The notes below the pieces were generated by a model. The model did not search any database, was not told the DNA's origin, and saw nothing but the letters and a program-made list of their open reading frames with translations. DNA of 59,372 nucleotides, filler included. It is 6 parts of 6 records of this genome, joined end to end, with 100 filler letters (N's around TTAATTAATTAA, not from the genome) between each part and the next. Parts side by side here need not be neighbours in the genome. Positions count along the whole stretch, not along the records: positions 44,623 to 59,372 come from SRR31147125_55; 5 more parts are not named here. One strand, given 5' to 3'. Position 1 is the stretch's first letter, and every line of letters starts with the position of its first letter. The position numbers and the translations under genes were made by a program. Below are positions 53,928 to 59,372 of this stretch, piece by piece.

Positions 53928-55277
53928 TTGATGTCTGATACAACACTTAAAAACGATTCAATCCTAGCATCGGAGGATGTAGGAAAAACACTAATAAAAC
54001 TTTCAATTCCCGCAATAATGGGCATGATGATATCCGCTCTATACAACATTGTCGATGCGGCATTCGTCGGTCGCGGGGCCGGACCTCTCGGTATAGGCGG
54101 GTTGACTATTGTTTTCCCGATTCAGATGCTTATAACCTCATTTGCCCAGATCTTCGGAATCGGTGCAGCCTCAATTATATCACGCAGACTCGGCAAATCG
54201 GATCAGCGGGGTGCAGAGATTGCCGCGGGAAACTCGGTTACCGGCTCAATCATATCAGGTCTGCTATGCACCGTAATCGGCTATTTGTTCACTATGCCTA
54301 TTCTCCGTGCTTTCGGTGCAACTGAAGAAATCATGCCCTTTGCGCTTGATTATTTCAGAATAATACTCATAGGTTCGGTATGTACATCCTTCGCAATGTC
54401 TTCCACAAACCTTGCACGGGCCGAAGGCAAGGCAATGGCGGCAATGTACGGCATGCTCATCGGAACGGTCCTGAATATCATCCTTGATCCGATATTCATC
54501 TTTGTTTTGGATATGGGTATAAAAGGTGCGGCATGGGCTACTGTAATCAGTCAGGCTGCGGCATTTATCTATCTAATCTTCTTTTTTGCAAAACAAAGTT
54601 CGCTACGGATAGACATGGCTTCACTGAAGCCCAGATGGAATATCATGCGGGAAACTATTGCTCTCGGCATTCCGACCTTTATCCGTCATGCGGGAGGCAG
54701 TATACTCGCTGTCGTAATAAATAACCTCTTAGGTGTTTACGGCGGCAATATGGCTATTGCGGCTTACGGAACACTGAACCGGATAATGATGTTCGGAGTA
54801 ATGCCCGTTATAGGGTTTAATCAGGGATTTCAGCCCCTTGTAGGGTACAATTTTACAGCGGAAAGACCGGATAAAATCAAACATGTAATCAAGCTGGCAA
54901 TGATCTATACAACCATAATTTCGGCTGTTTTCTCGGTTGTTCTGCTTGCAATCCCGGGTACCATACTGAAGATCTTCTCGGATGATCCTGGACTGCTCGG
55001 CTACGCTGTACCGGCGGCAAGAATTGTAGTACTCTGCTTTTCCATTATCGGTATTCAATCAATAGGCAGTTCATTCTTTCAGGCGATAGGGAAATCCATT
55101 CCGGCATTTATCCTCGGATTATCTCGCCAGTTTATTGCATTGATTCCCTTGGTACTGCTTCTTGCACCGCTTCTAGGTCTTACAGGCATCTGGATCGCCT
55201 TTCCCGCGGCCGATCTGCTCTCGACATTAGTAACGGTCTTGTGGCTAAAAGGGAATGGAATAAACTTCCTGAGTTAA
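53928..55277 (+). CDS. MATE family efflux transporter
   Basis: LYNIVDAAFVG, LNIILDPIFIF..MGIKGAAWATVISQ, QPLVGYN. Confidence 0.93.
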   Translation: MMSDTTLKNDSILASEDVGKTLIKLSIPAIMGMMISALYNIVDAAFVGRGAGPLGIGGLTIVFPIQMLITSFAQIFGIGAASIISRRLGKSDQRGAEIAAGNSVTGSIISGLLCTVIGYLFTMPILRAFGATEEIMPFALDYFRIILIGSVCTSFAMSSTNLARAEGKAMAAMYGMLIGTVLNIILDPIFIFVLDMGIKGAAWATVISQAAAFIYLIFFFAKQSSLRIDMASLKPRWNIMRETIALGIPTFIRHAGGSILAVVINNLLGVYGGNMAIAAYGTLNRIMMFGVMPVIGFNQGFQPLVGYNFTAERPDKIKHVIKLAMIYTTIISAVFSVVLLAIPGTILKIFSDDPGLLGYAVPAARIVVLCFSIIGIQSIGSSFFQAIGKSIPAFILGLSRQFIALIPLVLLLAPLLGLTGIWIAFPAADLLSTLVTVLWLKGNGINFLS

Positions 55278-55322
55278 CCTAATTCGGAAAAACTGCTTCT
55301 GTGTTGAACCAAATTTTGAGCC

Positions 55323-55492
55323 AAAAAAAACCGCTCTCCATGTGGAGAAGCGGTAACCCCCTTTTGCTTCCCGTGGGTGATCCCTCGGGGAACAAAACAT
55401 CGCAGTTCCGGCCTCTGCGATAATGACTTTGTCTGTATGTAAGGCTTATCTCAAAAAAAAGATCGATATATTTTTGTAAATATATCGGTCGC
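55323..55492 (-). ncRNA. candidate structured small RNA (four hairpins, ends in an intrinsic terminator)
   Basis: TATAAT at 55499-55504; stems at 55461-55490, 55399-55421, 55362-55397 and 55331-55353 followed by T8; no family recognised. Confidence 0.35.
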
Positions 55493-55668
55493 ATAGTTAT
55501 TATACACCATTTCCGCTAAAAGCAAAGAAAAAGTTTATTATTTTACATTTTCGTGTCATCTTTATGGTATACTTTTGTTTACCATGTGTCAGACACTCCC
55601 GTTTGCCGGTATTTTCACATACTGCCGGTCAAGGGAAACATCCCCGGCATTACATCTGGAGGCACCAA

Positions 55669-56256
55669 ATGAAACGATGTTCAGTTATAGTTCACAGTGT
55701 TTGCGGCAACGACTATCTGCTTGCCTGCGCCTTTACCGACGCATTGCAGGAAGTGGGTTTTGATGCACGCATGTATTCCGTAGCCGATGAAGACCTGCAT
55801 ATCTGGTCAAATAAACTGGAAGCAGCCAATGAATTCTATGAAGAAATCAAGAGCCTGCCGACAGCCAATTACGAAACCCTGCTGAAGAGCGACCTGGTTG
55901 TGCTCGGCAGTCCTACCTATTTTGGAAATGTATCCGCGGAGATGAAACGCTTCATGGACGAGTCATCAATCTATTTTCATGACGGTTCTCTTTCCGGAAA
56001 ATATTTTGCCTGCTTTACCAGCTGCTCCAGGGCAGACGGAGGCGGAACTCTTTGTATCCAATCTATGCTGCATTACGCGCAGCAGATGGGTATGGTTCAT
56101 ATCCCGATGGGAATGCAGGTCAGAAAGATCGATCCTCAGCAGCCATCGGGCGGAATCATGCACCATTCCGGTTCGGAAAGTACTGTCAGACCCTCCAGTC
56201 AATTAGGAGATGCTATTAATTTCTATGCCGGGATGATTGCGAAACAGATTCTGTAA
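55669..56256 (+). CDS. flavodoxin-like / WrbA family NAD(P)H:quinone oxidoreductase
   Basis: HSVCGN loop, LGSPTYFGNVSAEMKRFMD, GKYFACFTS; RBS GGAGG before ATG 55669. Confidence 0.85.
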   Translation: MKRCSVIVHSVCGNDYLLACAFTDALQEVGFDARMYSVADEDLHIWSNKLEAANEFYEEIKSLPTANYETLLKSDLVVLGSPTYFGNVSAEMKRFMDESSIYFHDGSLSGKYFACFTSCSRADGGGTLCIQSMLHYAQQMGMVHIPMGMQVRKIDPQQPSGGIMHHSGSESTVRPSSQLGDAINFYAGMIAKQIL

Positions 56257-56311
56257 GCAGACGCCATTACCTAAAAATTTAAAATACTACCCTACGAGAT
56301 TTTAGCCATTT

Positions 56312-57219
56312 TCAGGTATCTCGCCCCACGACTCGCTTTACCCATTCCATTATCCATCTGCTCAGTGAAAGTTTGTTCTTGGTTGCAAAGTCCCGTGAGG
56401 CTTCCTCCACCTGTACGTCGTTTCCCTTTTGTTCTTTCAGTGCGTCCCAGTGCTTCACGATCCACATATAGAGATCGCTCTCGGTTCTGCCCGGGAAGCG
56501 GGAAACCAACCGCTGCTCATTCACGACCTCTACAATTGGTAAATAAATATTCCGATACCAGGAAAGTACGGCATCATCGTAAGCACACTCTTCTTCCATC
56601 TGCTGGTTTATGTAGTATTTATGTACGTTTATATGGTGCAACATTTCGGTATAGCGGCCGGGGGCCGTAAAACGTATAGTATCCATATCAATAACAGACT
56701 CTATATCCGTTTTCTTCAAAACCCGTTTGCGTTCATACGCGATAACCTTGTCCCGAATCTGACGATTCGTCATGCCCGGTTCCAGTTCTATTTCGGTATC
56801 CAGCTCAACAATTTCGGCGTCAATAAATTCAACCCCGAGAGTTCTGGCAACAGATACCCGATGGTTGCCGTCCCGCACAAAATAGGCGTTCCCTAACTTG
56901 TAGACGCTGATAGCCGGCAGATCCACCATCTGCAGATGTGCTTTATTGATACTGGTCCAGCGATTCTTGAGCATCTGTTTGCGGGGCAGAAATGCTTTAG
57001 TAAAATCACGGTAGCGCCCTTCGCTTCCCATGATGGCATTGACTTTGATTGGTTTCATGCCCCGATAGGTCTGCCTTTTGGTTTTACCAGCTCTTTAATA
57101 TCGTAAAAAGAGAGCAGCTCGGCTCTCTCCAGCTGAATTCGCGACATAATCGTCTGCAGTTTTGCTTTTTTAAGGGCCCGTGAAAATTCATCCTGGGCCA
57201 TCAGATCAATGGTTCCCAT
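56312..57219 (-). CDS. ParB/Srx-fold protein with DUF4032-like C-terminus, ~302 aa; 1-nt frameshift near 57080
   Basis: LPAISVY....YFVRDGNHRVSVA (ParB/Srx GxxR motif); upstream frame MGTIDLMAQDEFSRA...ELLSFYDIKELVKPK joins QTYRGMKPI. Confidence 0.78.
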
Positions 57220-57958
57220 TGGCTATATCTACCTCCAGCAGATACCTGCTGTAAACATTTATTATCTTTGTATCCATATATTCAGATTCACGCTTCGCGT
57301 TTAAATCATTCAGATGCACGTGTCCATGCAGTAAGTATCTTGGTTTAAATTTCCGCATAAACCATAAAAAGGCTTTGAATCCCATATGGCAGCGATCCTC
57401 ACAGTCATGAATTCCCAACGGAGGCGCGTGCGTTACCAGGATATCCAGCCATCTACCATGAAATATACGATGTATCAGCATTTTCGGAAACAGTTTTAGA
57501 AGTTTTCTATACATCTGCCCATCGCTGAACTGGTTTCGTCCATTGTTATACCGCATCGACCCCCCGGCACCGGCGATAATCAAACCCGTTTTCGCGTCCC
57601 GTATTACTTTATCGCCGATATAGGTTGAGCCGAAATAATTTTTTGTGAGATGCTGATCATGTCCGCCGTTCTGGATGTGTTCTTCCCGGGGTTTTCGAAA
57701 TCTCGTCAGAAACTCAAGATCATGGTTCCCGAAAACAAAATAGATCGGCTTATTGGTCATGCTGGCGATAAAACCGAGATATTTCATTTTCAGGTCGCCG
57801 GCTCCGAGCACAAAGCTGACATCCCCATAGCGGTCTTTTACGTTCTGTGAGTACACCATGGGATCCACAGCGTCTGATATACAGAGGATTTCTGCTTTAT
57901 CGGGATATTCTTTCTTTCTGCATCTCTTTTTACCCATATGTTTATTGATCATTTCCAT
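57206..57958 (-). CDS. calcineurin-like metallophosphoesterase
   Basis: ISD, AGDL, VFGNHD, VTHAPP, LHGHVH motifs. Confidence 0.9.
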   Translation of the reverse strand: MEMINKHMGKKRCRKKEYPDKAEILCISDAVDPMVYSQNVKDRYGDVSFVLGAGDLKMKYLGFIASMTNKPIYFVFGNHDLEFLTRFRKPREEHIQNGGHDQHLTKNYFGSTYIGDKVIRDAKTGLIIAGAGGSMRYNNGRNQFSDGQMYRKLLKLFPKMLIHRIFHGRWLDILVTHAPPLGIHDCEDRCHMGFKAFLWFMRKFKPRYLLHGHVHLNDLNAKRESEYMDTKIINVYSRYLLEVDIANGNH

Positions 57959-58394
57959 CGTTTTGAGCCGGATGATTCAGGGAAAATACTTCGATATCCT
58001 TTCGATCATCCCACCCCGCGTGTTCCCAGAAATCTCGGCCGGATTGATTTTTTGAGAATACAAACAGATGGCTTTTTTCAATGCCCTCACTGGTAAGGTA
58101 ATCAATTACCCTCTTCATCAGCAAGGCTCCAATTCCTTTTTTTCGTTGTTGCGGCTGTACAAAGAGATGGTAGATGTATCCGCGCCTGCCGTCATGCCCG
58201 GCCAGCACACCGCCGACGATCTTACCGTCGGAGTTTACTGCAGCATAACCGCCGTCCGGATTTCGCCGCAGAAACTGCGCTATCCCTTCACGGGAGTCCG
58301 CGCCGCTGAGGCCTATTCCGGGAGTCTCTTTCCAGGCTTCGAGCATTTTGTCATACATGTCGATAGTAAATGTTACAATGTTGTAATTATCCAT
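57942..58394 (-). CDS. GNAT N-acetyltransferase (YpeA-like)
   Basis: GHDGRRGYIYHLFV.PQQRKKGIG, N..GRDFWE..GW. Confidence 0.9.
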   Translation of the reverse strand: MDNYNIVTFTIDMYDKMLEAWKETPGIGLSGADSREGIAQFLRRNPDGGYAAVNSDGKIVGGVLAGHDGRRGYIYHLFVQPQQRKKGIGALLMKRVIDYLTSEGIEKSHLFVFSKNQSGRDFWEHAGWDDRKDIEVFSLNHPAQNDGNDQ

Positions 58395-58434
58395 ATCGTC
58401 TATCTCAGATTGATTGCGACTGCGGTATATGTAA

Positions 58435-59262
58435 TCAGTCCTCCCAGGCAGAGAGAACTCCTTTGATCAGAGCCGCAAAAGTCTCTCTGACCATAGCCCC
58501 TGTTTCCAGCACCTCTTCATGGTTCAGCGGTTGATCCAGAATCCCTGCCGCAACATTGGTAATACAGGAAAGACCCAGTACTTTCATGCCGCTGTGATTG
58601 GCTACTATAGTCTCGGGCACTGTGGACATGCCGACCGCATCCGCACCAAGCACCTGCAGCATGCGGATTTCCGCCGGAGTCTCAAAACTCGGTCCTGGCA
58701 TATGAGCATAGACTCCTTCACGAAGGAAAAATCCCAACTCTTCTGCAGTTTTCTTGGCCAGAGCACCCAGTGATTTGGTAAAGGGTTCCGATAAATCGTT
58801 GAACCGTGGTCCAAACTGGTCCATGTTAGGTCCCCGCAAAGGGCTCTCATCGAAAAACTTGATAAAATCCGTTATCACCATCAGATCACCAGGATTGAAA
58901 TCGGGATTGCACCCTCCCGCGGCATTCGTAACAATCATGTTTTCAATTCCCAGCAACTTCATAACCCGTACGGGAAATCCGATTGTCGGCATGGAATAGC
59001 CTTCGTAGTAATGGAAGCGCCCCTGCATCACTAGTACTGGTTTACCTTCCAGCTTACCGATAACAAGTTGGCCGGCATGACCCACTACAGTAGATACCGG
59101 GAAATGTGGAATATCTTCGTAAGGAATTTTTACCGCTTCCTCCACATCATCCCCCAGGACTCCCAGCCCAGATCCGAGTATAAGACCAACCTGAGGCTGT
59201 ATAGATATTTTTGCCTGAATATAATCGGCGGCTTCTTTCATCATCTCGTAGGTATAGTTCAT
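58435..59262 (-). CDS. punA: purine nucleoside phosphorylase (trimeric, PNP I)
   Basis: LGSGLG, GHAG, QGRFHYYEG, TNAAGG, GPSFETPAE, VGMSTVPE, LNHEEV. Confidence 0.95.
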   Translation of the reverse strand: MNYTYEMMKEAADYIQAKISIQPQVGLILGSGLGVLGDDVEEAVKIPYEDIPHFPVSTVVGHAGQLVIGKLEGKPVLVMQGRFHYYEGYSMPTIGFPVRVMKLLGIENMIVTNAAGGCNPDFNPGDLMVITDFIKFFDESPLRGPNMDQFGPRFNDLSEPFTKSLGALAKKTAEELGFFLREGVYAHMPGPSFETPAEIRMLQVLGADAVGMSTVPETIVANHSGMKVLGLSCITNVAAGILDQPLNHEEVLETGAMVRETFAALIKGVLSAWED

Positions 59263-59372
59263 GACATGCTCCTTGTTTAATGAATTCGTCCCTTGCTGGT
59301 AATAATCCGATGGATATCAATTTATCACCTAGCCATGGAGATTTTTGAAATTCAAAAATCTCCTAAGATAAA

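Noticed and set aside
55372-55387. Resemblance of GAGGGATCACCCAC to the MS2 coat-protein operator hairpin
   Set aside because: Short imperfect match with no phage context; most likely chance
55279-55494. 71-aa minus-strand ORF
   Set aside because: Runs through two hairpin-plus-T8 terminator-like elements, has no SD and no motifs; an RNA-structure explanation fits better

Overview
This window is not one locus. It is six unrelated contigs joined by five artificial 100-nt spacers (N44-TTAATTAATTAA-N44). (1) 1-6255, very AT-rich: Cof-type HAD hydrolase, HTH-TPR (RRNPP-like) regulator, GPH-family MFS transporter, alpha/beta hydrolase and tmcAL. (2) 6356-16434: MOSC protein, a stand-alone sigma-region-2-like protein, an orphan SbcD/Mre11, a Cho/UvrC-N-like nuclease, pdp, a SWIM protein, a CDP-alcohol phosphotransferase plus PHP pair, and a GWxTD protein. 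(3) 16535-26532: polysaccharide lyases, a serine hydrolase-TPR, an Ntn hydrolase, a beta-barrel and a choice-of-anchor-L lipoprotein. (4) 26633-32662: a Geobacter/Desulfuromonas-type short pilin locus (pilA-N, missed by the ORF track, then pilA-C, an O-oligosaccharyltransferase, a xap-like ABC system and wzx). (5) 32763-44522: a type I secretion operon with a large acidic repeat substrate. It is headed by a 994-aa fusion of periplasmic binding protein, pentameric ligand-gated channel (GLIC-like) extracellular domain and MscS pore, with a divergent PilZ gene. (6) 44623-59372: a GntR + two-subunit aconitase X + three RraA/HMG-aldolase cluster, amidase, uxaC, TetR/MATE, a candidate structured ncRNA, a flavodoxin, and a punA-GNAT-metallophosphoesterase-ParB/Srx-fold operon. 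About a dozen genes are split by 1-2 nt indels in homopolymers, most likely sequencing errors. The best candidates for undescribed systems are the PBP-pLGIC-MscS hybrid channel tied to a T1SS, the ParB-fold/phosphoesterase pair, and the AcnX/triple-RraA pathway. All family assignments are by visual motif recognition; no database search was run.
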